The translations under genes and the position numbers were made by a program. Below, piece by piece: positions 20,192 through 30,803 of a stretch of DNA of 64,000 nt. The DNA is from Bdellovibrionales bacterium. Its GTDB lineage: Bacteria > Bdellovibrionota > Bdellovibrionia > Bdellovibrionales > JAGQZY01. Under the pieces are notes generated by a model. It was not told the origin of the DNA, did no database searches, and was given only the letters and a program-made list of their open reading frames with translations. How positions within the stretch are numbered: position 1 is the stretch's first letter; each line of letters opens with the position of its first letter. The DNA lies in assembly GCA_965218815.1 (NCBI GenBank), contig CBDCLX010000002.1:693044-757043 (forward strand), read 5' to 3'.

Positions 20192-20827
20192 ATGGTGAAA
20201 GTTTTGTCCACTTTATCACCAGGGCAGAGATTTTTTTTCAAAACACTTGTTGTTGTCTTTTTTCCTGTCTTTTGTCATTTTTTTGTTATCAGCAGTCTGT
20301 CCATCACCACTGAAAATATGAATCCCAACCTGAAAAAAGGGGATTTTGTTCTCAGCTGGTGCCTCAGTTATGGTGTCCCTTTTGTGGGAGGCCGGAGGCT
20401 CAAACCTGTGTTCCCCAAACGCGGGGATATGATTTCCTTTCGTTTCCCGGGGGACGAAAAACAATTAATTGTCAGAAGGGTTGTTGCTTTGCCGGGTGAC
20501 AGATTGAATCTTAAAAAAGGTCTTTTGTTTCTGAATAACGAAATGGTCTCTTACAGTTCCTCTGGTGAAGGTTTAGGTTTTGAGAGGCTTCCCGGAGAGG
20601 AGCACTCCCATGCCATTAAGCCTGACCCCGGGATGAATGATTTGGATATTCTGGTCCCCCAGGGCCACGTCTTTGTTCTTTCAGATCATCGTAAAAGCCG
20701 TGATGATTCCAGGGATTGGGGTTTTGTACCCTTCAGAAATATTGAAAGTCGTCTGGGCTTTGTCTGGTTCTCCCTGGATGAACAGCGAAACCCTGTCTGG
20801 TCCCGTCTTTTTTTAAGGGTCTGGTAA
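20192..20827 (+). CDS. signal peptidase I-like protein, catalytic dyad substituted
   Basis: ITTENMNP (S to N), IVRRVVA (K to R), SDHRKSRDDSRDWG. Confidence 0.8.
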   Translation: MVKVLSTLSPGQRFFFKTLVVVFFPVFCHFFVISSLSITTENMNPNLKKGDFVLSWCLSYGVPFVGGRRLKPVFPKRGDMISFRFPGDEKQLIVRRVVALPGDRLNLKKGLLFLNNEMVSYSSSGEGLGFERLPGEEHSHAIKPDPGMNDLDILVPQGHVFVLSDHRKSRDDSRDWGFVPFRNIESRLGFVWFSLDEQRNPVWSRLFLRVW

Positions 20828-21017
20828 TTATACTGATCGTGTCTGCATTTTTACGAAGGTTCCCTCTGAAAATTCCATTTCCCCTAATGTTTATGGATGA
20901 TATGAAACAGGAAAAAACACTTCTATTATTCCATCTTACATTTGGATTCAAACAGGAAACAGATGGTTTTTCCACTCTTAATGGACAAAGGTGTGACTTA
21001 TTTTGAGGAATTCCAGG

Positions 21018-22223
21018 TTACATATTTTTTTGATTCAGTTGATTTGTGGCTGAGCGAAAACCAGTCTGCACGATTTTCCCGAGAATTCTGGGGTTGAGGC
21101 TGAAGTGGTCTGCAAAAAACATTTCATAATCCTGAGGGTTGGGATGAATATAAATGGTCTCCACATCCGGCCTGTAGTTGGCTTTCTCTTCAATGATTTT
21201 GAGGAGTCTGTTCATGTCTTCACGGGGCAGCTGCTTTTGTTTGAAGTAAGCCCGGATGGCTTTATGAATTTTATCAAAAGCCTCCTGGGCAGAGATATGG
21301 GCCTCAATTTTCTGTTGAACGACCTGGTAGAGGGCCTGGTTACAAATTAATGGAATCCCATATTCGTGGAGACTTCCAGTCTTTTCGTTATAATGGTAAG
21401 GTTGGATGGAATAACTGGCTATGATAAGATCACAGCCGTGATCTTTGGCAACATGGGTTGAGAGGGTGTCTCTGATTTCACCGTCAAAATAGAAGATTTC
21501 TTTTCCTTTTTCATTTTTAATGCCGTAAGGGGAAAAAACGGGTGGAAGACTGGCTGAAGCAGCCACGGCATCACTGACATTTGCATAGTTGGCCCAACCA
21601 ATGTGTTTGATTTTTTTGTTCTCTTTAAAATTTCCAAAAATCATCTTGCGGGAGTGGTTAAGCTGGGTGGCCACAACATAGAGTTCCACTCCCAGGGCTT
21701 CAAAGGAATTATCCGGCCAGACATATTTTCGAATATATTTTTCCAGACCTTTGGCGGTGACAAGACCATTGACTTTAAATCCTGTTTTGAGCAAAGCTTC
21801 AAATCCACCGCTGAAAACAGATCGCCCTTTCAGGATATTGGGAAAAAGTCTGATCCAGTTTTTTCCACTTAAGGAAAGAATATCTGAATAATACAAAGGC
21901 TTTAAGGGAGTTTCAAAGGCGGAAGGTTCTTTGAGACCTTTAATGTTCCACTTTGCCCCTTTTCCAAAGGCTGAAACAATGGCCTCCAGTGAGTATCCAC
22001 TGGCCAGGAAAGTGCTGATGACAGCCCCGGCACTGGATCCCACATACAGCCTGATCACATTTTCAGCCTGTGAATATTTGGATTGGACTTCTTTATGGTG
22101 ACCTCCGGCAAAAACAAAGCCTTTTTCCTGGAGAGCCATACAAACCCCAATATGGAAAGCTGCGGCTTTAATGCCTCCACCACTTAAAGCGAGGCCCACT
22201 TTTTTTTTGTTTTTCAGACTCAT
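21018..22223 (-). CDS. patatin-like phospholipase
   Basis: LSGGGIK, GSSAG nucleophile elbow, DGE. Confidence 0.88.
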   Translation of the reverse strand: MSLKNKKKVGLALSGGGIKAAAFHIGVCMALQEKGFVFAGGHHKEVQSKYSQAENVIRLYVGSSAGAVISTFLASGYSLEAIVSAFGKGAKWNIKGLKEPSAFETPLKPLYYSDILSLSGKNWIRLFPNILKGRSVFSGGFEALLKTGFKVNGLVTAKGLEKYIRKYVWPDNSFEALGVELYVVATQLNHSRKMIFGNFKENKKIKHIGWANYANVSDAVAASASLPPVFSPYGIKNEKGKEIFYFDGEIRDTLSTHVAKDHGCDLIIASYSIQPYHYNEKTGSLHEYGIPLICNQALYQVVQQKIEAHISAQEAFDKIHKAIRAYFKQKQLPREDMNRLLKIIEEKANYRPDVETIYIHPNPQDYEMFFADHFSLNPRILGKIVQTGFRSATNQLNQKNM

Positions 22224-22402
22224 AGCTGAAATATAACAATGATGAGTTGATAAAATCAATATGTATCAGTTACTATTTAATCTGATTTGTCGGGCATTAA
22301 TGGATATTAACCGTGCATGGATTAGAGAGGTGGGAGTTTTTATCAGGTTGTTGAAAAACTCAGGTTTAACAGATGAATCAGGATGTGATTTAATTTTATG
22401 CC

Positions 22403-22864
22403 ATGAAAAGTATTTATTACTTAAAAATTAGTATGATTGTTTTTTTTGTTTTCCAGAGCTTGTTTTCTGTTTTCTATGAATCAATTTCAGGAGAGCAGAA
22501 TATTTTTCCAATTTACACCTGGAAAATCTTTCATCCAAGGCCGGATAAATATTTGGAGGATTGGGTTATGTCAATTCACAGAATTGATGGGGAATTTTTT
22601 GATCCTTCTGTGATTGACCTGAATTTTATTGCGAAACGCTTTCCTCACATAAGGACATACACTTTATCCAGAAAAATGAGGTCTCTGGAGAAAAACAATC
22701 CTCTGAGAAAAAAGACAATTGATAATATAAATGCCATGCTCTTAAGAAAAAATTCCCATGTCCGATGGGGAGTCGTTAAAAGAAAATATAATCCCATCGA
22801 GTTATTCTGGCATGGCAGGGTGATTTACCAGAATGAAATTGAGATATTCCATGCGAAAAAATAA
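22403..22864 (+). CDS. hypothetical membrane-anchored protein
   Basis: N-terminal TM followed by IFPIYTWKIF, resembling motifs in HTTM-associated proteins. Confidence 0.6.
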   Translation: MKSIYYLKISMIVFFVFQSLFSVFYESISGEQNIFPIYTWKIFHPRPDKYLEDWVMSIHRIDGEFFDPSVIDLNFIAKRFPHIRTYTLSRKMRSLEKNNPLRKKTIDNINAMLLRKNSHVRWGVVKRKYNPIELFWHGRVIYQNEIEIFHAKK

Positions 22865-23876
22865 TTTGATTAAATTTTTTTTTAAGAAATCCATAAATTA
22901 TTTTCGGGGTCAGAAATTCTTTTTTGAACCAAAAACTCTTTTTTCAGGGATGACTGAAAATTACCATCGAACCCGGATGGCTTTACGTCTGTTTTATGGT
23001 TTTTCCCTGTTTTCTGCTGTTAATTCCCATGGTTGGATGTTACGGCAATATTCAGACAGTCGCTTTCTGACTCCACTCTGGGTATTTGGTACAGCCGATT
23101 CCGATTTTATAGCGACATTGATCAGGCCTGTTTTTCTGATGTGGATTTTTGGGTCTTTATTCAGTTTTTTGAATCCGGACAGGGTGTTTTTTCGACTCCT
23201 TCAGGCATTGGGCTTGTTTTTTATCGTGGCCCTTGTCAACTCAGATGGCCATTTTGGTCATAATATGCATGGGTTTTTATGGATTTCCCTGGGTTTTTTG
23301 CTCCTGCCATCCACTGTCTCCAAAAGCAAACCCTGGTTGCAAAGAATCCATAATTATAAATGCATACAGGTCTTTTGGTTTTCCCAATTTATGATTTGCT
23401 GCTTCTATTTAATGACCGGATATTGGAAAGTTTCAGAGATCATTCGTTGTGCGGTTGATCCGCATTTGATCTGTCAATTGGATAAGAATATTCTTACGAA
23501 CATATCCGCAAGGGAGGCTTTGAGTTACCATGAATTTGCCCCTTTCCGCTCCCTGTTTTTTAAATACCCATGGGTTGCTTTTTGGTCCTATATGGGAACA
23601 ATCTGGATACATCTTGTTTCCCTTCATTTTGCTTTTCGTCTTCATCTTCACAGGGTTTTTGGATTTTTCAGACTTATTTTTCATGTGGGTACTTTTCTGT
23701 TTTTTGGTGTTGGTTTTGGAGACATGGCTTTCCCCGTTGCCGTTATTTTTATTTTTTCCCCTTTTTGTGATTATTTGAGTCCCAAGAAAACCCTTATTGA
23801 ACTGGGACAGTTACCGCCTTTTTCCTGGGCAGGGAAACTTATTGGATTAAAAAAATGGAGGACTCATTGTCCGTGA
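22851..23876 (+). CDS. multi-pass membrane protein, HTTM-like
   Basis: NSDGHFGH, FYLMTGYWK, IFHVGT motifs; about 8 hydrophobic segments. Confidence 0.6.
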   Translation: MRKNNLIKFFFKKSINYFRGQKFFFEPKTLFSGMTENYHRTRMALRLFYGFSLFSAVNSHGWMLRQYSDSRFLTPLWVFGTADSDFIATLIRPVFLMWIFGSLFSFLNPDRVFFRLLQALGLFFIVALVNSDGHFGHNMHGFLWISLGFLLLPSTVSKSKPWLQRIHNYKCIQVFWFSQFMICCFYLMTGYWKVSEIIRCAVDPHLICQLDKNILTNISAREALSYHEFAPFRSLFFKYPWVAFWSYMGTIWIHLVSLHFAFRLHLHRVFGFFRLIFHVGTFLFFGVGFGDMAFPVAVIFIFSPFCDYLSPKKTLIELGQLPPFSWAGKLIGLKKWRTHCP

Positions 23877-24469
23877 ACAGACCCCCCTCTCCTCATATCA
23901 GTTTTTTGACCTGTTTCTATGTTCTGAATGCCGGATTGGCTCACAAACAGGTGACCTGGGCCTGGGAGAAGGTCAACCGTCGCACAGAAATTGAAGGCTG
24001 GTATACTTTGTATCAGGATATTGCCGGTCAAAGCTTTATTGTTGACAGTGTTATGTCTTTATGGCTTTTTTTCAGTTTCCTGGCTGCTCTGTTTCCTCAT
24101 TTTCGGATTTTGCGTTGTGGTACACTCTTTGGTTTTTTTGGAGCCATGGTTTTACGGGGAAAAGCCGATGAATCTCTTTTCGCTTTTTTAATTGAAATAT
24201 CACCCCTTTTCTTTTTTGCCTTTATTCCCAATTCCCTGTTGTTTTCCAGTCAGACTCTGAATAAAATAATACGGAGTTTAAAAAGAGACGTGAACCTGAT
24301 AAAAACAAAAATGAAGATGTATCACTTTCTTCTGTTGATTCCTTTGTTCATGATTATCTGTCATTCTTTTCAAAAATATTTATTTTACAAGCAATCATTT
24401 TTCCTGTTAATCAGTTTGTTTATTGTTATGATACAGGCCCGCACCCCTTCCAGGAAGGGGGTTATTTAA
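23855..24469 (+). CDS. hypothetical membrane protein, divergent partial paralog of the preceding gene
   Basis: LWLFFSFLAALFPHFRILR aligns with MWIFGSLFSFLNPDRVFFR. Confidence 0.55.
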   Translation: MEDSLSVNRPPSPHISFLTCFYVLNAGLAHKQVTWAWEKVNRRTEIEGWYTLYQDIAGQSFIVDSVMSLWLFFSFLAALFPHFRILRCGTLFGFFGAMVLRGKADESLFAFLIEISPLFFFAFIPNSLLFSSQTLNKIIRSLKRDVNLIKTKMKMYHFLLLIPLFMIICHSFQKYLFYKQSFFLLISLFIVMIQARTPSRKGVI

Positions 24470-24573
24470 GGTTTCCCTTGGGACTTTTTCCGGAGAATGC
24501 TATACTGACCTTTCAGTATTTGTCATGGGAAGAATAACTGGAAAAAACATAATAAAACCATAAACAGGAATCA

Positions 24574-27261
24574 ATGTCTGAGAATCTGTCTAATCGTTAT
24601 TCCCCTTCTGAGGTGGAACAGAGAATCTACAAAGTCTGGGAGGACAGTGGGGCCTTTAAGGCTGAGGATCAGTCCACCAGGCTCCCTTTTTGTGTGATTC
24701 TTCCCCCTCCCAATGTCACAGGCTTTCTTCACATGGGTCATGCCCTTGACCACAGCATTCAGGATGTTCTGGTTCGATGGAAGCGGATGTTGGGTTTTAA
24801 CACCCTGTGGCTTCCAGGTTCCGATCATGCCGGGATTGCCACCCAGGCTGTTGTTGAAAAGGAATTATGTCAGTCAGGGCAGGATCGTCTGAAAATGGGA
24901 CGCAAGGCTTTTCTTGAAGAGGTCTGGAAGTGGAAAAACAAATACGGTGATCGCATTTATTCCCAGATGAAACGTCTGGGAGATTCAGTGGACTGGGACA
25001 AAACCAGCTTCACCCTGGATGAGGGAGTTTCCAGGGCTGTTCGCAAAGTCTTTGTCCATCTTTACAAAAAAGGCTTGCTCTATCGGGGAAAAAGACTTGT
25101 GAACTGGTCGCCTCCCCTGCAATCGGCCATTTCCGATCTTGAGGTGGTTCACCGGGAAACGAAGGGTCATCTCTACCATCTGGCTTATTCCATGGAGGGG
25201 AGTGATGAGAAAATTGTTATTGCCACCACCCGCCCTGAAACCTGTCTTGGGGATTCTTGTGTTTGTGTTCATCCCGAAGATGAGCGTTACCGTCATCTGG
25301 TTGGGAAAAAAGTCATTCTGCCCTTAATCCATCGTAAAATTTCCATTATTGCCGACGAATATGTGGATCGGGAATTTGGAACAGGAGCTTTGAAGGTCAC
25401 ACCGGCTCATGATTTCAGTGACTATAAGTTGGGCCAAAAACACAATCTGGAGTTTATCAATATCCTCAATCCCAATGGCACTCTCAATGAAAAAGGAGGT
25501 CCTTATGAGGGCATGAAAGTGCAGGAAGCCCGTCGGCAAATTGTCAAAGATCTGGAGGAAAAAAAAATTATTGTTAAAATTGAACCTCACAAACACAGTG
25601 TGGGTTATTGTGATCGCACGGGGGCTGTGGTTGAACCTTATTTAAGTGAACAATGGTTTGTAAAAACCAAAGACCTGGCCACTCCGGCCCGTCATGTTGT
25701 CAGTAATGGCAGCATTGGGTTTGTTCCTGAATCATGGCAGAAAACCTATATCCACTGGATGAACATCATTGAAGACTGGTGTGTCTCCAGACAGCTTTGG
25801 TGGGGTCACAGGATTCCGGCCTGGTACTGTGCTGATTGTAATCATATTATTGTCACAGAGGAGAACCCCCATTTCTGTGAGTCCTGTGGCAGCCAAAGCA
25901 TAGAGCAGGACAGGGATGTTCTTGACACCTGGTTCAGTTCCGCTCTCTGGCCCTTCAGCACCCTGGGCTGGCCTGAAACAACAGAGGCCATAAAGACTTT
26001 TTACCCCACCTCAGTTCTTGTCACAGGTCATGATATTATTTTCTTCTGGGTGGCCCGTATGATTATGATGGGACTTGAAATGACAGGGGATATTCCTTTC
26101 AGAAAGGTTTATATCCACGGACTGATCCGGGATTCCCAGGGCCGTAAAATGTCAAAATCCCTTGGTAACTCCGTTGATCCAGTGGAGATGATTGAAAAAT
26201 ACGGGGCGGATGCCCTGAGATTTACCCTCATATCCCAGATGGCCATGGGTAAAGATATTAAGTTTTCCATTCAGAGACTGGAGGGTTACCGTAATTTTAT
26301 GAATAAAATCTGGAATGCCGCCCGCTTTTGTCTTGGTCATATAGAGGATTTTCAGGCTGATTCCCCTGATCCTGGGACTGACATTCCGATCACTCCGTCC
26401 TGTTTGTTAACTGCGGACAGATGGCTGATTTACCAGCTGGGACAAGTGGAAAAGGATGTGAATGATTTTCTGGAGGATATGCGGTTTTCCGATGCAGCCA
26501 ACTGTATTTATTCATTCACATGGCATGAATTCTGTGACTGGTACCTGGAGTTTTCAAAACCCATTCTCTATGGAAAGGATGAAAAACAAAAACAGATAAC
26601 CAGATGGGTTCTGGCTGAAAGTCTTAACCGGATCCTCCGCCTTCTCCACCCGTTTATTCCCTTTATCACTGAGGAAATATACAACAAACTGCCTGTTCGT
26701 AAGGAACTCTGTATCAGGGATCATTATCCAACACCCCGAAGAGATGAAAAATGGCTTTCTCTTGGCAGTAAGGCAGCCTCCTTTGAGATGGAACTGGTCA
26801 AACAGGTGATTCTTTCCATCCGAAACATTCGCGGGGAAAACAATATCAAACCTTCAGAAAAAATAGATGTCTGGCTTTCTCCCGGGGAGGATCATTCTCA
26901 AAAACTTCTGGGCAATAACAAATCAGAAATTATTCGCCTGGCCTCATTAGGAAATTGTGAGATCAGGAAACGGGAGTCCCTGAAAAAATGTGCGGTGACC
27001 CCCATTCGCCTGGGTGATCTGGAAATTGATGTTATTGTTTCACTGGAAGGCGTTGTTGATATTCAAAAAGAGATTCAACGTCTGAAGAAACTTATTGAGA
27101 AACAGGAAAAAGATGTGCAGAAGATCAATTCCAAACTGAATAACAGGGACTTTATGGCAAATGCTCCAAAAGAGGTTGTTGAAAATGACCGGAAACTGCT
27201 CAGGGATATGATTTCAAAGGTGGAGGAAATGAAAAAATCCCTTTTACGATTGTCTGAATAA
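24574..27261 (+). CDS. valS: valine-tRNA ligase
   Basis: PPPNVTGFLHMGH, KMSKS, C-terminal coiled coil. Confidence 0.98.
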   Translation: MSENLSNRYSPSEVEQRIYKVWEDSGAFKAEDQSTRLPFCVILPPPNVTGFLHMGHALDHSIQDVLVRWKRMLGFNTLWLPGSDHAGIATQAVVEKELCQSGQDRLKMGRKAFLEEVWKWKNKYGDRIYSQMKRLGDSVDWDKTSFTLDEGVSRAVRKVFVHLYKKGLLYRGKRLVNWSPPLQSAISDLEVVHRETKGHLYHLAYSMEGSDEKIVIATTRPETCLGDSCVCVHPEDERYRHLVGKKVILPLIHRKISIIADEYVDREFGTGALKVTPAHDFSDYKLGQKHNLEFINILNPNGTLNEKGGPYEGMKVQEARRQIVKDLEEKKIIVKIEPHKHSVGYCDRTGAVVEPYLSEQWFVKTKDLATPARHVVSNGSIGFVPESWQKTYIHWMNIIEDWCVSRQLWWGHRIPAWYCADCNHIIVTEENPHFCESCGSQSIEQDRDVLDTWFSSALWPFSTLGWPETTEAIKTFYPTSVLVTGHDIIFFWVARMIMMGLEMTGDIPFRKVYIHGLIRDSQGRKMSKSLGNSVDPVEMIEKYGADALRFTLISQMAMGKDIKFSIQRLEGYRNFMNKIWNAARFCLGHIEDFQADSPDPGTDIPITPSCLLTADRWLIYQLGQVEKDVNDFLEDMRFSDAANCIYSFTWHEFCDWYLEFSKPILYGKDEKQKQITRWVLAESLNRILRLLHPFIPFITEEIYNKLPVRKELCIRDHYPTPRRDEKWLSLGSKAASFEMELVKQVILSIRNIRGENNIKPSEKIDVWLSPGEDHSQKLLGNNKSEIIRLASLGNCEIRKRESLKKCAVTPIRLGDLEIDVIVSLEGVVDIQKEIQRLKKLIEKQEKDVQKINSKLNNRDFMANAPKEVVENDRKLLRDMISKVEEMKKSLLRLSE

Positions 27262-27284
27262 GGCATGATCACACGTCAGGCGGG

Positions 27285-30200
27285 CTATCTGTTTTTAAAC
27301 ACTGGTCCTGGAATAAAGGACTGGTTATCCTGTCCATAACCTGTTGTGAAAAAATTCCTTGGAAAGTATCCGATAAGAGCCTCTTTCCTGTTAAGTCCTT
27401 TTTTTATCCGGATTTTTTTGGAAGCTCCTGGTTCCAGTTCCACTTCCATGGGAATATCCCTGTAGCCGGACTTTTCAGGGTTCAGACTGATCTTTTGCCA
27501 GAAATTTGTTGTGCTTTCTGATGAAAGGATATCCCGTTTGAAAGTATCAATTCCTTTGAAGGACACATAGATTTTCAATCGAATGTCCAGATTTCCAAAC
27601 CTGTTCACGGGGATTTCCACAATGGAGATTGTGGAATGGGGGAAAGCATACATTCTGGAAAGACTTTTATAGGAACCGACCAACAACTCCTGACCTGAAA
27701 CCCTGTTTTGTTGAAGTTTTAAATATTTATGCATATCAAACACCAAAGTGCCAAACTTAAAATCCGGATGATTGATTTCCTTTAACCAGGGAACCTCTTT
27801 TACATAGGCACCTCTGAGCCACTCATCAGTCACCAAATCACCATTGTAGTCAATTTCCGCAGTCACAGTGCAGGTTTTCCAATTACTGACAGGATTGAAA
27901 AGCTTGACAGCCAGCTGCAGGAACTTTTTTCCATCCCGATAAACCAGTCGATAACCTGAGGATTGCAAATCACAGCCATGGGAGGCAGAGGCATGGTCGG
28001 AACTGAGATTTCTTGAATCCCGACCCAGGAGGTTGAAGAGAAAAGCGGAACCTTTATTGGGGCTTTCGTTGGATAAAGTCACTTCAACATTTTGTCCCAT
28101 GGAGGAAGACAGATTGGGGGCATCAATAAGTAGCTGGTCCAGATTGATGTTTGTGCTTTTACTGATGATGGCCAAAATAGGAATGAATCCCATGAATTGA
28201 GTTCCCTTTGATATTTTGATAAAGGCATTGGCTTCGGCCACAATTTCATCCCGGGCCTTGAGCTGAATGGAGACGGTGATGTCTTTTTTTTCTCCAGAAG
28301 CCAGGTTGACCTGGGTTTTGGACAGGAACAGTTTCATGGTGTCTGAATTGACCGGATCAAAGGTGTATGTGACCTGATGATCTGCCAGGTTTTGAACCTG
28401 AAAGTTTTCAACCAGAGTCATTTGGTCATCCACACTGATATGGCCAAGGGAAATGGTGGGCCTGGAAGAGACAATGTCTGTTGTCAGTGCTCTGTAGGCG
28501 TTAAGACGACCGGCTCCCTGTCTGGAGATGGGATAGAGTCCTTCCTCTTCAGGATTATTGATGAGAGACCCTGTGTTGAGAATCATGGATTTGGCCTGAG
28601 CGGGGGAAAGATTTTTTTTGTATTGAAGTAAAAGAGCCAGCACACCTGAAACAATGGGAGAGGAGAAGGAGGTTCCATCTTGTTTTATTCCTTCATATCC
28701 GGTTCCCCATTTTGCCGAATGATTTTTCACTCCAGGGGCAGTGATTTCCGGTTTAATCAATGAATCTATGCTCCTTGGTCCGCGGGATGAAAAAGCAGCC
28801 ATGGCATCAATCACTTCCGGCCTTTCAATTCCCTCAATGGGTTTGAAGTCAACGTCCACAACCCCTTGTTCCAGGTTCTCCTTAAGGATTTTACCAATAT
28901 CTGAAGTGATAAAAACCCCTGGAACGGGGTAAGATTTATCACCTCTTATGGGAGCATTAAAGTGTCCTTCCACGTTGTTTATTATGACAACTCCAATGGC
29001 TCCAGCTTCATAGGCTCTTCCAATTTTTTCACTGAAGGACACTTCACCACGGTCAATCAATGCCACACAACCTTTGACCTGGTCTTTCTGTTCCTGGCTT
29101 AAGTCTTTGTTGGCCAGGCCAATGTGCACAAGCTTTCCTGTTAAGCCCGATGGCAGTTGGGATACAGGGATTGTCATATCCTCTTCCCCTTCCCTGAATT
29201 TTGTAAGAAGAAGGGGGTGGTTTGGACTCTGAAACTTTATGGCAGGCATATCATTTTCTTTGTATGTGGACACTGAGGCCGCCACGGAAATGGCATGATC
29301 TGCTGTCCCCGGACTTCCGACAACATTAGGCTCCTCAAATCCCTGGTTGCCTGCAGCTGCCACAACCATCACCCCTGCTTTTGTTAAATTGGCGATGGCC
29401 TGATTATAGAGACTCTGTGGTCTTCCAGAAGGTGATTCCAGAGAGAAATTAACGATATGCAAACGATCCTGAAGGGAAAAATCGGCATTGGGATCTGCGG
29501 CGTATTCCAAAGAGGCAAGGAAAACCATAGTGGAACTGCCTGATTTGGAGGAGATTTTAAGGGCATAAAGTTCAGCTTCCGGGGCCACCCCATCATAGGT
29601 ATTTACATTATCTCCCTTTCCTGCCAGGATGCTGGCCACAGCCGTTCCATGGCCGTTAGTGTCAATGGGGTTGTTATCGGGAACAGGAATTTGATCCTCA
29701 TAAGATCCGGATTCCATGGAGAAAGATTCTCCCACAAAATCCTTACCGCCTTTGACTTTGTTATTGGGAAAAAATGCGGTGTCTTTTGAAGGATCAATAC
29801 TGTTATACACAGCCGGGTCTCCAGCACCTCCAAATGTCCTGTGTGTGAAATCAATTCCAGTGTCAGCAACACCCACCCGAATGCCCTGACCTTTGATGGG
29901 AACAAGGTCTCCATTGGAACTGACTCCTTTAAAATATTTGTGAATTTTGTCTGCCCCTATGAGAGAGGCGACATTGTTATGGGCAGAAGGGGAGTGACCC
30001 TGGGAGTGGAAGTGACGGGACCTGAAAGGTTCATTGGACTCAATGAATCCCAACTTTAACTGATTGATTTGGGAAGCCACACTCTGGGGGGCCTGGATGG
30101 CCAGAGCATTGAGAACCATTCTGTACTTGTATAAAAATTTAATGTCAGGGGAGATGGCTTTGAGCTTTTCAATGGCCTCTTCCTGTTCTTCAAGGAGACT

Positions 30201-30452
30201 GTCTTTGAGATCCATGTCCACGGAATATTGACCGGAAGCCTCTTTTTTTGCTGAATTTAAAAGAGCTGGACTGTTGAGCCTGATAAGGGCGACGAACACA
30301 GGGACCCCTCCAGGAAAGTTCATGTTTTCGTCACTGTAATGGTCTCCAATGATGGGATTCCCATTTTCATTAAGTGGTGATTTTTCATTTTTTGAGCAGG
30401 ACACCACAAAAGTGCCAAGAACAATCCATTTTAACAAAGACCTTTTTATCAA
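27285..30452 (-). CDS. S8 (Vpr/C5a-type) serine protease with I9 prodomain and PA domain, lipoprotein
   Basis: VADTG, NGHGT, GTSFSSP triad; FSSRGP...KPEITAPG; ALIDRGEVSFSEK; FVVSC lipobox. Confidence 0.92.
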   Translation of the reverse strand: MIKRSLLKWIVLGTFVVSCSKNEKSPLNENGNPIIGDHYSDENMNFPGGVPVFVALIRLNSPALLNSAKKEASGQYSVDMDLKDSLLEEQEEAIEKLKAISPDIKFLYKYRMVLNALAIQAPQSVASQINQLKLGFIESNEPFRSRHFHSQGHSPSAHNNVASLIGADKIHKYFKGVSSNGDLVPIKGQGIRVGVADTGIDFTHRTFGGAGDPAVYNSIDPSKDTAFFPNNKVKGGKDFVGESFSMESGSYEDQIPVPDNNPIDTNGHGTAVASILAGKGDNVNTYDGVAPEAELYALKISSKSGSSTMVFLASLEYAADPNADFSLQDRLHIVNFSLESPSGRPQSLYNQAIANLTKAGVMVVAAAGNQGFEEPNVVGSPGTADHAISVAASVSTYKENDMPAIKFQSPNHPLLLTKFREGEEDMTIPVSQLPSGLTGKLVHIGLANKDLSQEQKDQVKGCVALIDRGEVSFSEKIGRAYEAGAIGVVIINNVEGHFNAPIRGDKSYPVPGVFITSDIGKILKENLEQGVVDVDFKPIEGIERPEVIDAMAAFSSRGPRSIDSLIKPEITAPGVKNHSAKWGTGYEGIKQDGTSFSSPIVSGVLALLLQYKKNLSPAQAKSMILNTGSLINNPEEEGLYPISRQGAGRLNAYRALTTDIVSSRPTISLGHISVDDQMTLVENFQVQNLADHQVTYTFDPVNSDTMKLFLSKTQVNLASGEKKDITVSIQLKARDEIVAEANAFIKISKGTQFMGFIPILAIISKSTNINLDQLLIDAPNLSSSMGQNVEVTLSNESPNKGSAFLFNLLGRDSRNLSSDHASASHGCDLQSSGYRLVYRDGKKFLQLAVKLFNPVSNWKTCTVTAEIDYNGDLVTDEWLRGAYVKEVPWLKEINHPDFKFGTLVFDMHKYLKLQQNRVSGQELLVGSYKSLSRMYAFPHSTISIVEIPVNRFGNLDIRLKIYVSFKGIDTFKRDILSSESTTNFWQKISLNPEKSGYRDIPMEVELEPGASKKIRIKKGLNRKEALIGYFPRNFFTTGYGQDNQSFIPGPVFKNR

Positions 30453-30529
30453 GGCACAACCTCCTGACAGAAAACTGAATGACTATATTACATTTGCTTA
30501 CGATATGTCAGTACGAAATGTGGACCGGG

Positions 30530-30694
30530 CTAATTTAAACAAATGGCTTCAATAAGCTGAGAGGAAACCAGATAGGGGTCAGCATTGGCCCCTGGTCTGC
30601 GATCCTCAATATATCCACAGCCATTAAGGTGGGTGGATATGGGTATGCGAATGGAGGCCCCACGGAAAGACAATCCTTTTGGAACGGCCCGCAT
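30530..30694 (-). pseudogene. glutamine synthetase type II C-terminal remnant
   Basis: A frame not in the ORF track reads RGASIRIPISTHLNGCGYIEDRRPGANADPYLVSSQLIEAICLN*; only ~110 bp separate it from amt. Confidence 0.85.
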
Positions 30695-30803
30695 GGCAGA
30701 TTGAGATCAGCATAAGACAATGAGAAGTTCGGGTTAGTATGCAGTGCAAAAGAAAAGACAGGGAAGGCCAGTGCCAGGATTGTTTAGGTTATGAGCAGTG
30801 ATT

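Noticed and set aside
30555-30712. Multi-hairpin region that looked like a riboswitch or structured ncRNA
   Set aside because: The minus strand encodes a clear glutamine synthetase II C-terminus, and no TPP, SAM, cobalamin or hammerhead consensus fits
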